A stretch of 59,051 nt of DNA, counting the filler. It is 3 parts of 3 records of this genome, joined end to end, with 100 filler letters (N's around TTAATTAATTAA, not from the genome) between each part and the next. Parts side by side here need not be neighbours in the genome. Positions count along the whole stretch, not along the records: positions 24,885 to 43,125 come from DRR723986_6736; positions 43,226 to 59,051 come from DRR723986_6738; 1 more part is not named here. One strand, written 5' to 3'. Each line of letters opens with the position of its first letter. Positions within the stretch are counted from its first letter, which is position 1. Positions 41,506 to 51,247 of the stretch are shown in pieces. The position numbers were made by a program, and so were the translations under genes. The notes below the pieces were generated by a model. It made no database searches. It was not told the DNA's origin and was given only the letters and a program-made list of their open reading frames with translations.

Positions 41506-42672
41506 ATGAAAAAGCTAACAACCAAAATTGCGTCCGCGGCACTTGTCGCAGCGATGGCCTCCGCGCCAGCCTATGCCGAACAAGGTGTCACCGATACCGA
41601 AGTTCTGATCGGCTCGAACAACGATCTGTCCGGCCCGTTTGCGGCCTTCGGTGCGCCAGCGACAAAAGCCGCGCAGCTTGTGTTTGACGAGGTCAACGAG
41701 GCCGGCGGTATTCATGGCCGCAAAATTCGCTTTGTTGTCGAAGATCACGCCTATCAGATGCCCAAGGCGATCCAGGGCATGAACAAGCTGATCAATGGCG
41801 ACAAAGTGTTTGCGATGCTGCTGTCATTGGGTACGCCTATGAACATTGCGGCGTTCAAATTGCAGGACGCCAAGAATATCCCGAACGTTTCGCCGCTCTC
41901 TGCCGCCCGCCAGATGGCAGAGCCGTTTTCTCCGCTGCATTACGCTGGCACCGCAACTTATTATGAGCAGATCCGCGTCGGCGTGAAATATCTGGCCGAG
42001 CAAAAGGGCGTAAGCAACGTCTGTGCCATGTATCTGCCGACGGACTTCGGCAAGGACATCAAGGAAGGCGCTGAATCCATTTCTGCCGAGACTGATGGAC
42101 TGACCTATGTCACCGAAACAACGCACAAGCCTGACGATGCCGATTTTGTCGGCGCGCTTCAGAAGTTGAGCGCAGAGGGTTGCGAAATCGTCGCCTTGGC
42201 CTTGGGCGTGCGTCAGGCGATCACGGTGTCCGGCACCGCCAAAAAGCTGGGCCTGACAGATATCTCTTTCATCAACTCGTCTGCTGGTTTCCACACCGTT
42301 ATGGCCAAAGTGCCCGGCGGCGTGACCGAGGGCATGTATGCCGCTGCTGGCTGGGCTGATCTGCTGTCACGGATGGACAAGCCAGAAGTGCAGAAGTTCT
42401 TTGCCCGCTACACCGAAGCGACAGGCGAACAGCTGCCCGGCTCCGGTGCATTGCTTGGCCATTCCGCCGCCGAAACTCTGGTGAAAGCGCTTGAAGCGGC
42501 TGGCCCCGATCTGAATGCCAAATCGTTCCAGATGGGCATGGAAAGCCTGAACTACGAAGACGTGGTTTCCGGGAACACCGTGACCTATTCCGCGACCGAT
42601 CACCAAGGTGCAGACGAGGTGGTGATTTCGGTTATCAAAGACGGCAACTGGATGGAACTCGCCCGCCAGTAA
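41506..42672 (+). CDS. HAAT ABC substrate-binding protein
   Basis: Signal peptide; GVTDTEV.IG, GGIHGRKI. Confidence 0.9.
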   Translation: MKKLTTKIASAALVAAMASAPAYAEQGVTDTEVLIGSNNDLSGPFAAFGAPATKAAQLVFDEVNEAGGIHGRKIRFVVEDHAYQMPKAIQGMNKLINGDKVFAMLLSLGTPMNIAAFKLQDAKNIPNVSPLSAARQMAEPFSPLHYAGTATYYEQIRVGVKYLAEQKGVSNVCAMYLPTDFGKDIKEGAESISAETDGLTYVTETTHKPDDADFVGALQKLSAEGCEIVALALGVRQAITVSGTAKKLGLTDISFINSSAGFHTVMAKVPGGVTEGMYAAAGWADLLSRMDKPEVQKFFARYTEATGEQLPGSGALLGHSAAETLVKALEAAGPDLNAKSFQMGMESLNYEDVVSGNTVTYSATDHQGADEVVISVIKDGNWMELARQ

Positions 42673-42703
42673 GGCATTTCGCGCCGAACATTCAGTTCAA
42701 TTC

Positions 42704-42739
42704 GGAAGGGACCGGTCACTGTGTTGGCCGGTCCTTTTC
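42704..42739. terminator. Intrinsic terminator
   Basis: GAAGGGACCGGTCA...TGGCCGGTCCTTTT hairpin after the SBP gene. Confidence 0.7.
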
Positions 42740-42800
42740 ACTTGTGGCTTTGGCAGGCCCGTCAGACGTCCAGCCCTTTCAAAGCGGACCAGATAAAAGG

Positions 42801-43125
42801 TCAGCGCCGCAAAATGATGTCGTAGGGCAGGATCGCGTTCTCAACGGTTTGCCCGTTGACCAGCCGTTTCATCCGTTCCACCGCCTCTTCGGCGTAGCGC
42901 ACATGCGGCACGCTGACCGTATTCAGCCAGGGGGCAAGCCAGTGGTTCAACGGATTGTCATCAAATCCGTAGATTGCAGTGTCCTGCGGCACATTCAGGC
43001 CCAGCTCGCGGCAGCGCCTGTAAGCGCCGTAGGCAATCTGGTCATTGCCGCAGACGATGGCAGAGTAGGGGGTCTTGGCGGTGTTCATCAGGTGAACGGC
43101 GCAGGCATAGCCACTTTCCATCGAC
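42801..43125 (-). CDS. LacI-family regulator, C-terminal part (cut by the gap)
   Basis: CGNDQIAYG, GL.VPQD.AIYGFDD, LNTV. Confidence 0.85.
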
Positions 43126-43225
43126 NNNNNNNNNNNNNNNNNNNNNNNNNNNNNNNNNNNNNNNNNNNNTTAATTAATTAANNNNNNNNNNNNNNNNNNN
43201 NNNNNNNNNNNNNNNNNNNNNNNNN
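43126..43225. other. Artificial contig-joining linker
   Basis: N runs flanking TTAATTAATTAA. Confidence 0.97.
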
Positions 43226-43366
43226 GTGCAAAAGCTTTGAGCCGGTGATGTATGATGTGGCCGAAACCTTTGGCTAAAATGAGCTGCTGCAACAGCATGA
43301 CCTGAATCAAGGCAACACACCCAATATCGGCGCAGGATGAGACATACCTAAACGGAGGCGCGACTG

Positions 43367-43774
43367 ATGTATCACAATATTCTTGTTCCTATTTCCTTTG
43401 ACGCCGAGCGGGACACCACCGCTCCGCTGAAGCTGGCGCAGCTCTTGGCGACGCCGGATGCCAAAATCACGCTGATGCATGTGGTGGAACACATTCCGGC
43501 CTATGCGATCACCTATATGCCTGCGGATTATCTGGCCGAAGCGCGTGCCGCTGTGCAGCGAGAGTTGGACGAAATGGCGGCTAAATTGCCAAACGCCGTG
43601 GGCATTGTGGTTGAGGGACACTCGGGGCGCACGATCTTGGACTGGGCGTCTGAGAATAACCCCGACCTGATCATTCTGGCGTCCCATCGCCCCGAGTTGC
43701 AGGACCTGATCCTAGGTTCGACATCAGCCCACGTGGTCCGCCACGCCAAATGCGCGGTGCATGTGGTGCGGTGA
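43367..43774 (+). CDS. Universal stress protein (UspA/UspG family)
   Basis: MYHNILVP, DLIILASH, LGSTSAHVVRHAKCAVHVVR. Confidence 0.93.
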   Translation: MYHNILVPISFDAERDTTAPLKLAQLLATPDAKITLMHVVEHIPAYAITYMPADYLAEARAAVQRELDEMAAKLPNAVGIVVEGHSGRTILDWASENNPDLIILASHRPELQDLILGSTSAHVVRHAKCAVHVVR

Positions 43775-43800
43775 TCGAGTTTGTAAGTGAGATGAAGACA

Positions 43801-43839
43801 AGCGGCCTTGGTGAGGGATCACCGGGGCCGTTTTGTTTT
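43801..43839 (+). terminator. Intrinsic terminator after usp
   Basis: GCGGCCTTGGTGA-GGGA-TCACCGGGGCCG followed by TTTTGTTTT. Confidence 0.75.
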
Positions 43840-44069
43840 AGGGGCTTTTGTTGTGTTTGATCGCGTGATGGAACGAAAATTACACACTACCTAGAACAGC
43901 GGAGGGCGCAAATCGCGACCTTTGCAAAGTCTCGTATCTGACCTTGCCGTCTTTGGTGACCGCCTCGACATACTGTGGCGCGGACCGTCAAGCCGGCGAT
44001 TTATGTAGGCTGCAGAACTTCCATCAAGGCTATGGCGGCAAAGCGGCTTTTAGGGCATTCACCAAAGCG

Positions 44070-44689
44070 TTAAAGGCTGTTTTCTATTCGCTGATTGCGA
44101 GCGGTTACAAACTCCAGAACACTGTTGCGATGGGACCGATACGCTGCAACAGAATTTGGTAGCGGCCATGCTTCAAAGTCGTTGAAAGACATGTAGAAAC
44201 GAACCGAATTGTAATCATCAGTGACCAGATCGTTCAGTCGGAAAAGTCCACATATCCGCGAAAATTGCCAAAAAGTTCAAAAAACAAGGCGTACTGTCGC
44301 AGCGTAGGCGCAAGCGGACTGCCTTTTCCCAGATAGTGCCTACGGATACACTCGAGTGTCAGATCAAAGCGGTCACAGATCTTATGGTTGCACCCGCGTG
44401 CTCCGTTGATGGTCATTACACCCTTAACCCGGTTTGAAGGGAAAAGGATGTATCCCCCAATCGTGCTTGCAGCGAAATAGAACTCGTCCACCTCAGCATT
44501 GGGTATTTGACCAATGATGTGGGCCAAGCGTTTCGTATTTTTGTACGAATGCGTAATCGCGTCACTGGAGAACCGAAATTCACTCGATCCGGATTTGTAA
44601 TACAAGTGAGGCGTAGGTCCTGGATCATCGAGTTGGAGCAACGCGCCGCTGGGCAGAGACTTGATCATCAATGTGGTGGAGGCTCTCAA
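44070..44689 (-). pseudogene. DUF6994-like gene, frameshifted near 44243 and apparently 5'-truncated
   Basis: SSDAITHSY, TIGGYILFP, TINGARG, DRFDLTLECIRRHY; one extra T in the T-run continues as FFRLNDLV...ARNQRIENSL* to 44070. Confidence 0.65.
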
Positions 44690-45281
44690 TGTTTGACGCT
44701 AGCTCCATTATCCCGCCCGCGCTTGTTCCATCCGGCATTGCAGATGACCGTCAGCACGCTTTGGCACAGCTTTTTGGTGAGGCTCGTGCGGGCATAGATT
44801 TGGGTGCTCTGGTTAGGAGCGATCCAATGACCGTGGACGCCCGCCTGTTGCCATTTTTGATCCGCGAATATTCGGCGCAGGCGTTCATTGCACCGGACCT
44901 TTCTGAACATATTTAACGGCGTATTCTCAAGAATGCTTGGCAATTGAAATCACTGCATGGATATGACGGAGGAGGGAGGCGGGGCCTGAGTTTGCTGGAT
45001 GCAAGGTGGCTCTGATCCGATCTATGATCGCGGCACTCAAGCGCCACACTCAAGAGACGACGCTGCTCTTTGGTGCGCGGTTTGCCTCTGGGCAAGTCAT
45101 CTGCTCTGGGTGTCGAATCCAAACATGGAAGAGCGTGCGCCATATCTTGCAGCCGGTGATTGCGATGCCTGCACACGTCCCCCTTCGGTCCGGCTTGCGG
45201 ATGCGCATACTGGATCAGACGCGGCTCGCCCTTCGTGGTAGACCGGGACTGTATCGGTTGGTTGAAGGAGTGATCAGGTAA
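44689..45281 (+). pseudogene. Degenerate P2 gpI-like phage tail protein
   Basis: DPMTVDARLLPFLIREY...HI*RRILKNAWQLKSLHG with in-frame TAA at 44914, then a different frame (LIRSMIAALKRHTQ). Confidence 0.65.
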
Positions 45282-47341
45282 TGCAGGCGAGAACATTTTA
45301 TGCATTGGACGCGCGCAATCTCCCCATGGGAGGGGCAAAGGTGCGGGTGCAGGTGCATGAGTCGCGGGCTATAGCGTCTGTCTTTGATGATGTGGGCGCA
45401 GAACTGGAGCAGCCACTGGTTGCTGATGCGCGCGGGGCGGTGCGCTTTGCCGCGCCCAATGGCGCCTATGACCTGATCGTTGCCATTGCCGCCGACGAGG
45501 AAATCATACAGCCTAAAGTGCTGTTCTTTGATCCAGAGGATATGGATCAGGCGCATTTTGCCCGCTGGGATGAGGCGCATCTTGCCCGCGCAGCCGGGCG
45601 TCTGGCCGAGGTCTTTACGGTAGGGCCACACGGCTATCAGCTTACAGAGAGTTCGGACAATCCAACCGGCTTTGGCGCAGGCATCCTGCCACTGGCAGCA
45701 TCCGGTCAAACCGTCAGCCTGGCACAGTTTGGCGCGGCGCTGGATGGTGTTGGTGATGATGCGCCTGCGTTGGATCGCGCGGCCGTCTGGGCCAATCAGA
45801 ACGCCCTGACCTTGGTCGGAGCTGGTCGAGCAAAATTGCTGGGTGATGTTGAGGTGACGCTCACTTGCGATTGCGACTTTTCCGGGCTGGTCTTTGACGC
45901 CAGTGATTGGGGGGGCGTGATGCGCTTTGGCCGTTCTTTTCGGCCCGTCACCTATCGGGGCGATCACTGGTTGGTGGCCAACCTGCTGGCCTCGCCGGAT
46001 CTGTCCAAAGGCTCTAGTAAATGGGATGGATGGGGCGGTCTTCGCGAAGTGCGCGACGCCTTTGTCATGATCTATACGGACCAGCCGTTTTACAGCTATC
46101 GCGGCAAGGTCGTGAAACGGGTTGAGATGAACCGCGGCTATCGTGACGGCGTGATGGCCAGCCCCTTGCGTTACGATTTGACCGGGGTGGGTATTGAAAA
46201 GGTTGTGGTTTATCCGATGGAACCGCGCCGCCGTCGGGTCGCTGGGCTGACCATCGATATTGGCGACAACGATGCGAGCAACAGCTATGTGATTGTCGAA
46301 ACCAGTCTGCTCGACATCGAGGCCCGGTTTCTGCAGGGCGGGCTGGTCACGGCCAACCCGACGCTGATCAGCTTTGAATGGTGTTGTGCGGTGCGGGCGC
46401 GGTTGGATTTCCAATATCCAAACAAACATGCAGAGGGTCGATACACCTACAATCTGTCAATGAAGAACAGCTACGACCTCGACATCACGCCCCACGGCGC
46501 GGGCGAAGGTTGGGGCGCAACCGGCAGCAATTTTTGCCAGCGTGTCACGTTTCGCGATGGGGCGCTGAGCCGGGTCGACTTTCATCGCCCCTTTGTCGAA
46601 TGGCTGAAATTGCGCGACATGGTGGTGGGCGATTGGGGCGTTCTGGTCACGGCTTTGGGTGATCTGGACATTGAAAACACGATTTTCAACGCGCGCAATG
46701 TGGACAGTGGCGCCAGCCCCGGCGTGCTGCGCTCTCGCACGGATACGGGCGGCTTTGCGGATGGGCATTTGCGGATGCGCAATATCACGATCGTCGCGGA
46801 TGCAGGATCGGGCGACCGTCAGCTGATCCAGCACAACGCCGCCGCAGGCAATCCCAAGCCTATCGGATCGCCGATCGATTATCGCTGGTGGCGCTCGATC
46901 ACCGTGGATGACCTGACCTATCAACCCGCTGGATCAGACCGGTTGGTGATCGCGCCACTGATCACGGATTCAGATGCCGCACCAATGAAAGTGGCTGAAA
47001 CCATCACCCTGCGGGATTTGGACGGGCCGGTGGCTCTGGACATGGACACCACCGGGGTTCTCGCCGATGGCAACCGGCTGTCCTTGCGCTTGGACGCGGC
47101 GGAGTTGGCTGCACTGTCTATCACCGGCGATGGCCCCGCAATCACCGGCACTTATAGCCATTTGGTCACCGACGCCGATGTAACGATATCGGCGCGCGGC
47201 AACCACGCGCTGTTTGGTGGACGCCTCAACGGTTTGGACCTTGGTCAGCCTGCGCACCCGGTCGCCCTGCGCGCGGTGGGCGCGCTGATTTCTACCGCCG
47301 TCACTGGCGAAAACCCCAACACCGACTATCAGGAGTTCTGA
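45281..47341 (+). CDS. Phage tailspike/depolymerase-like protein (putative beta-helix)
   Basis: N-terminal attachment-like segment (QPLVADARG.VRFAAPNGAYDL); QFGA.LDGVGDDAPALDRA beta-helix cap motif; beta-rich body; RBS GAAGGAG. Confidence 0.72.
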   Translation: MQARTFYALDARNLPMGGAKVRVQVHESRAIASVFDDVGAELEQPLVADARGAVRFAAPNGAYDLIVAIAADEEIIQPKVLFFDPEDMDQAHFARWDEAHLARAAGRLAEVFTVGPHGYQLTESSDNPTGFGAGILPLAASGQTVSLAQFGAALDGVGDDAPALDRAAVWANQNALTLVGAGRAKLLGDVEVTLTCDCDFSGLVFDASDWGGVMRFGRSFRPVTYRGDHWLVANLLASPDLSKGSSKWDGWGGLREVRDAFVMIYTDQPFYSYRGKVVKRVEMNRGYRDGVMASPLRYDLTGVGIEKVVVYPMEPRRRRVAGLTIDIGDNDASNSYVIVETSLLDIEARFLQGGLVTANPTLISFEWCCAVRARLDFQYPNKHAEGRYTYNLSMKNSYDLDITPHGAGEGWGATGSNFCQRVTFRDGALSRVDFHRPFVEWLKLRDMVVGDWGVLVTALGDLDIENTIFNARNVDSGASPGVLRSRTDTGGFADGHLRMRNITIVADAGSGDRQLIQHNAAAGNPKPIGSPIDYRWWRSITVDDLTYQPAGSDRLVIAPLITDSDAAPMKVAETITLRDLDGPVALDMDTTGVLADGNRLSLRLDAAELAALSITGDGPAITGTYSHLVTDADVTISARGNHALFGGRLNGLDLGQPAHPVALRAVGALISTAVTGENPNTDYQEF

Positions 47342-47344
47342 GTG

Positions 47345-47462
47345 ATGCCCGATGCGATTCTAACCGATTTAGGCCATGCGCAAGCTTGCTGCCGCTGTGG
47401 GCGGTTGCCCGGCTGTTGAAGTGACCCAGATTGGCCTCGGCGATGGCAACGGGGCAAACTGA
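47345..47462 (+). pseudogene. Remnant of P2 gpH-like tail fibre N-terminus (DUF3751-like)
   Basis: MPDAILTDLG, +1 frameshift, MRKLAAAVGGCPAVEVTQIGLGDGNGAN*. Confidence 0.6.
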
Positions 47463-48119
47463 GCCTTCTCCACAGAAGTGGTCCGTGCCTATTGTTGGGT
47501 AAGCGGGGTGAGTTTCTGGTGACGAACTTTGAGGTTCAGCGGGGTTACAGTGTTGCTCAGAAGGCTTTGAAAGAGCAATCTCCGAGGGGGCCAATTCAAT
47601 TTCCTATGACTATGTCCTGATCACAACCCAAAATAGGATAGGACCCATGGATCAGGGAATTTGCCACGCCTTGGAGAGGGTCGCACCTAAAATACTTTAG
47701 GTGTTGCGACGCTGAACACGCAAAACTCAGATGATAGAGATTTCCATGACCTGTCCGTTTAGGAGATCGAAAAAGCACTGAAAGAAGCCTATGAGTTGGG
47801 CAAACTGGACGCGCAAAGTGAGGCCCGTTCGGAATTACCCTTGTGAAAAACGCCACTGCTTTTGCTGGAGTACACTTCTACCAAAGCCAGGGCGCTGCGC
47901 GCAGGTTGTGACCTTTGCTAAGTCGCGCGAAAGGCCCCGAAATACCCTGGAGTGTTGCGCTGTAGCGGCCGCAAATTAGATCTTATCTGAATGGTCTTGT
48001 ACCTTTGGCAGTGCTGCCAATGAAGTTGCAGCGCCAGATCTTAAGCGTAAGTTGAGCACCTCAATGCTTGGCCTTCTGCTGCAAGAGATGCCACGAGCGC
48101 TCATGAGTTTTTGTTCGCT

Positions 48120-49502
48120 CTATTCAGGCCAGAGGACCGTTTCAGGGTAAAACTGCGACCAAGCGAACCAAAATGCTTGATGGCTTCCAACATCTGCGCC
48201 ATCGGCATCCACAGCCTCTATGCCGCCCGCGTCAAGCTTTAGCCGGATGTCTCCGACCTTGATGGACGCTCCTTGGCGAAGTGCAATTAATGCAGCGCTG
48301 CGCTGAAAGGCGATCGGCTGACCATTGGCTGTGACCGCTCCAATAATGTCTTCATGAGCCGGCAAACGAGGGTCAACATTCCCAACCGGAAAAATCGGGC
48401 CATTTGCGTCCCTCCCGTTGCGAAAATCAGGATCACGGCCTAGGGCGAGGGCTTCGATCAATACCGTTGTTTCTGGATGCGCCGTTTTCCAGGTGCCCCA
48501 GTCAGTCGCAATGACATTGGCTTGTTCAAGTTTAAGGTTTTTGTCGGCCAGGGGTCCTGTCAATGCCTCACCGCGAAACGTGTCAAACACCGAATAGGTA
48601 TTCAGGTCGTACATTACCTTATTTGATCGGCTCAAAAGCCCTGATGTGCGCAAAACAGGACGTTCAATCCCAGAAGGAAGCTGGTCTGTAAAATAGGCCT
48701 GGGCCGCCCCACAGAGCGTGCAATACGGAATACCGAGATCTCGTCCGCCCAGCGTATCATTCACCATCTCACGCACTTCCATGATCTGACGGGGATAGGC
48801 TCGGAACGCTCCGTTTACCTCTACACCAAAAACGATATCGCTATCGTTGAGCCATGTGGCGTCCTGTGCATTGGTAACTTGCGGGTTGTCGGCAGCCGGG
48901 ATGCAATTGCATGGCTCATCAGTTGTATCATATGGGCGATCATCAATCAGGACTCCGCCCCAGGAGACCAACCGCCAATCTATGTTACCTTCTACAAAAA
49001 CCCGGTCCCATCCCGCAAAAACACTGACATAGATGGCACGTTTAGCCTGCAAGTATTTGGGCGGTGCTGGAATGTCCCATGCAATCAAGTGATCCGTTAT
49101 GTCACCCCAAGTGTTGTCAGACCCAAAATCCTTGCCCAACAAAATAGAAGCAGTCTGTGATAGCTCTGTGGAAAGGTGGCGATCATGAACAAAACGCATC
49201 AGGTCACTGATTAGCCATACAAGACGGGGATCCTTTGACGCAGCAATCTCTGCCAGCGCAATTGTCTGGTCTTCACTCCAGACTCTGTTTGACATGCTCA
49301 CAACAAAGACTGTCTGGACCGCTTTTTGTAACGAGGAAGACAGGCCACCATCAGGCACCGGTGGCGGCGTACCAAATTCGTCTGTCACATATTCTGGCAA
49401 AACGGGTGTTTGGGACTGCACCACAGAACCATAAAAAACAGCCAGTCCAATCAGGGCTGCGACGAGAGCCGAGTGTTCAAATGAACGAGGTCTCATTGTC
49501 AT
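48120..49502 (-). CDS. DUF3179-family exported protein
   Basis: Signal peptide; WGGV, IPAADNP, RAYP..IM..REMVND, YCTLCG, SGLL..SNKVMYD, FWFAW.QFYP. Confidence 0.85.
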   Translation of the reverse strand: MTMRPRSFEHSALVAALIGLAVFYGSVVQSQTPVLPEYVTDEFGTPPPVPDGGLSSSLQKAVQTVFVVSMSNRVWSEDQTIALAEIAASKDPRLVWLISDLMRFVHDRHLSTELSQTASILLGKDFGSDNTWGDITDHLIAWDIPAPPKYLQAKRAIYVSVFAGWDRVFVEGNIDWRLVSWGGVLIDDRPYDTTDEPCNCIPAADNPQVTNAQDATWLNDSDIVFGVEVNGAFRAYPRQIMEVREMVNDTLGGRDLGIPYCTLCGAAQAYFTDQLPSGIERPVLRTSGLLSRSNKVMYDLNTYSVFDTFRGEALTGPLADKNLKLEQANVIATDWGTWKTAHPETTVLIEALALGRDPDFRNGRDANGPIFPVGNVDPRLPAHEDIIGAVTANGQPIAFQRSAALIALRQGASIKVGDIRLKLDAGGIEAVDADGADVGSHQAFWFAWSQFYPETVLWPE

Positions 49503-49766
49503 AGATGTGCCTTCCAGATACCGAGTTCACCACTGCCGCGGTGTCTTTCCCAGTATGGCAGTTCTTCACATGACACCGCGAGTCACGATTGCTTCAGGAA
49601 ATCGTGAAGGTTTGCTGGAATTGCCCCAAAGAGAATGCGTCTTGGCGTACCAGTCCAGAGCTGCCATTCTCGATGTCGTGCGATGTGGCATTACAACTTT
49701 AAGATTGGTGCTCCCTTCTCGTCAGGTGCAGTTACGTAGGCACTGCACTTTTTCTTTCCCCTTAAG

Positions 49767-49792
49767 TGATCCAAAAATTGCACTGGCCCGTA
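49767..49792 (+). promoter_or_regulatory. Sigma-E (RpoE/ChrR-type) autoregulatory promoter
   Basis: TGATCC-N16-CGTA, 8 nt before the rpoE ATG. Confidence 0.85.
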
Positions 49793-49800
49793 GCATTTGT

Positions 49801-50430
49801 ATGATGGAAACAGTGTTAGAACATCCGCTTGCAGGCCGCGCGCAAAATGGCCCGCCCCAAACAGGACGTGCCGTGCAGTTGAAAACTCCGCAAATGTCCC
49901 AGATGACGGTCTGGTTGGTCGCAGTGCGTGACCAGCGCGATCGTGATGCTTTTGGGGCTTTGTTCGATTACTTTGCGCCTCGGTTAAAGGGCTTCATCAT
50001 GCGCTCGGGCACAGGCGCGGCGCAGGCCGAAGAAATTGTTCAGGATGTCATGCTGACCGTGTGGCGCAAGGCTGCGATGTTTGATCCACACCGTGCTCAG
50101 GCCTCTGCGTGGATTTATCAAATCGCGCGAAATCGGCAAATCGATGTTATCCGCAAAGAGAACCGACCTGTTCCGGATGAATTGGCGCAGGATCTGGGGT
50201 CTGAGCCCGATGCCAGCCAAATCCTGGCCTTTGACCAAGAGGCTGAGCAACTAAAAAGCGCTCTGGACCAACTTCAACCGGAGCAGAAAGAGATGATCGA
50301 GAAAGCCTACATGGGGGATCTCACCCATAAGGAAATCAGCGTTCAAACCGGACTGCCACTTGGCACAGTGAAATCACGCATTCGCCTTGGCCTTAACCGC
50401 TTGCGCAAAGAATTAGAAGGGTTGCGATAA
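49801..50430 (+). CDS. rpoE: ECF sigma factor RpoE (singlet-oxygen response type)
   Basis: DAFGALFDYFAPRLK, AEEIVQDVM, WIYQIARNRQID, LPLGTVKSRIR; adjacent chrR. Confidence 0.93.
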   Translation: MMETVLEHPLAGRAQNGPPQTGRAVQLKTPQMSQMTVWLVAVRDQRDRDAFGALFDYFAPRLKGFIMRSGTGAAQAEEIVQDVMLTVWRKAAMFDPHRAQASAWIYQIARNRQIDVIRKENRPVPDELAQDLGSEPDASQILAFDQEAEQLKSALDQLQPEQKEMIEKAYMGDLTHKEISVQTGLPLGTVKSRIRLGLNRLRKELEGLR

Positions 50431-51066
50431 ATGTCGGCAATCATACACCATATCCCAGATGACATGATGGCGGCTTATGCTACTGGCACTTTGCCTCACC
50501 CCTTTGCCATGGTTGTTGCTGCCCATATTTCTCTTTGTGCGGATTGCCGTGCGGCTTTGGGTGCCTATCACATGGTTGGGGGAGCATTGTTGGAGCAGAC
50601 TGAAGATGTCGCGGTCTCTAGCGGGTTGAAGTCCAATTTGATGGCATTGTTGGATGAACCAGCAATCCCCGAACCTGTTTATGAATCACAGGGCATTTAC
50701 CCAGGTCCGGTGATGGAGGCCTTGAACGGCAGGCCGCCGCGCTGGCGAACGCTTGGCATGGGAGTGAAGCAAAGCATCCTGTCTGAAACTTTCGGTGGAT
50801 CAGTTAGGTTGCTGTATATCCCGGCAGGTCAAGCTGTGCCCGATCATAGCCATAACGGGTTAGAGTTGACACTGGTCCTCCAAGGCAGCTTTAGCGATGA
50901 AACCGGGCGCTTTGGGGTTGGGGACGTGGAGATCGGCGACGAAGATCTGGAACATACTCCAATTGCGGATGCGGGCGATGCCTGTATCTGCCTCGCTGCC
51001 ACCGACGCGCCCCTGAGGTTCAACGCCTTTATGCCGCGATTGCTACAACCCCTGTTCCGCATATAG
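50431..51066 (+). CDS. chrR: Anti-sigma factor ChrR
   Basis: ZAS motif HISLCADC; cupin PDHSHNGLELTLVLQG, EHTP. Confidence 0.95.
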   Translation: MSAIIHHIPDDMMAAYATGTLPHPFAMVVAAHISLCADCRAALGAYHMVGGALLEQTEDVAVSSGLKSNLMALLDEPAIPEPVYESQGIYPGPVMEALNGRPPRWRTLGMGVKQSILSETFGGSVRLLYIPAGQAVPDHSHNGLELTLVLQGSFSDETGRFGVGDVEIGDEDLEHTPIADAGDACICLAATDAPLRFNAFMPRLLQPLFRI

Positions 51067-51090
51067 ACCGCTGTCATATGACTGACTCCG

Positions 51091-51118
51091 AAAAGCCCGC
51101 AGATTGCGGGCTATTTAT
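51091..51118 (+). terminator. Terminator after chrR
   Basis: AGCCCGC-AGATT-GCGGGCT followed by ATTTAT. Confidence 0.65.
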
Positions 51119-51154
51119 ATAACATACTGTTTTAATAATGTTTTTGCGAGATTA

Positions 51155-51180
51155 AGATCCGCAAAGCCACGGATCACGTA
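51155..51180 (+). promoter_or_regulatory. Putative orphan sigma-E promoter
   Basis: AGATCC-N16-CGTA, one mismatch to the three other copies in this contig. Confidence 0.55.
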
Positions 51181-51215
51181 ACATTCACACGATCCACAGA
51201 TGGAACGGAAAGCAC

Positions 51216-51247
51216 AGGCCCTGCTGAACAGCGGGGCCTCTCTATTT
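51216..51247. terminator. Hairpin terminator at the 3' end of the SDR gene, possibly bidirectional
   Basis: AGGCCCTGCTG-AA-CAGCGGGGCCT followed by CTCTATTT. Confidence 0.6.

Noticed and set aside
45281-47341. Idea that the tailspike-like protein is the depolymerase for the Vi-like capsule
   Set aside because: The two loci are on different contigs with different composition; no evidence of linkage
47463-48119. Small ORFs in the low-GC stretch after the phage remnant
   Set aside because: Short, no RBS or motif support; probably decayed sequence
49507-49800. Long N-terminal extension of RpoE in the ORF track (likewise extended starts for tviB, thiO, thiG, mhpF, DUF3833)
   Set aside because: Promoter/RBS positions and family start motifs support the shorter starts
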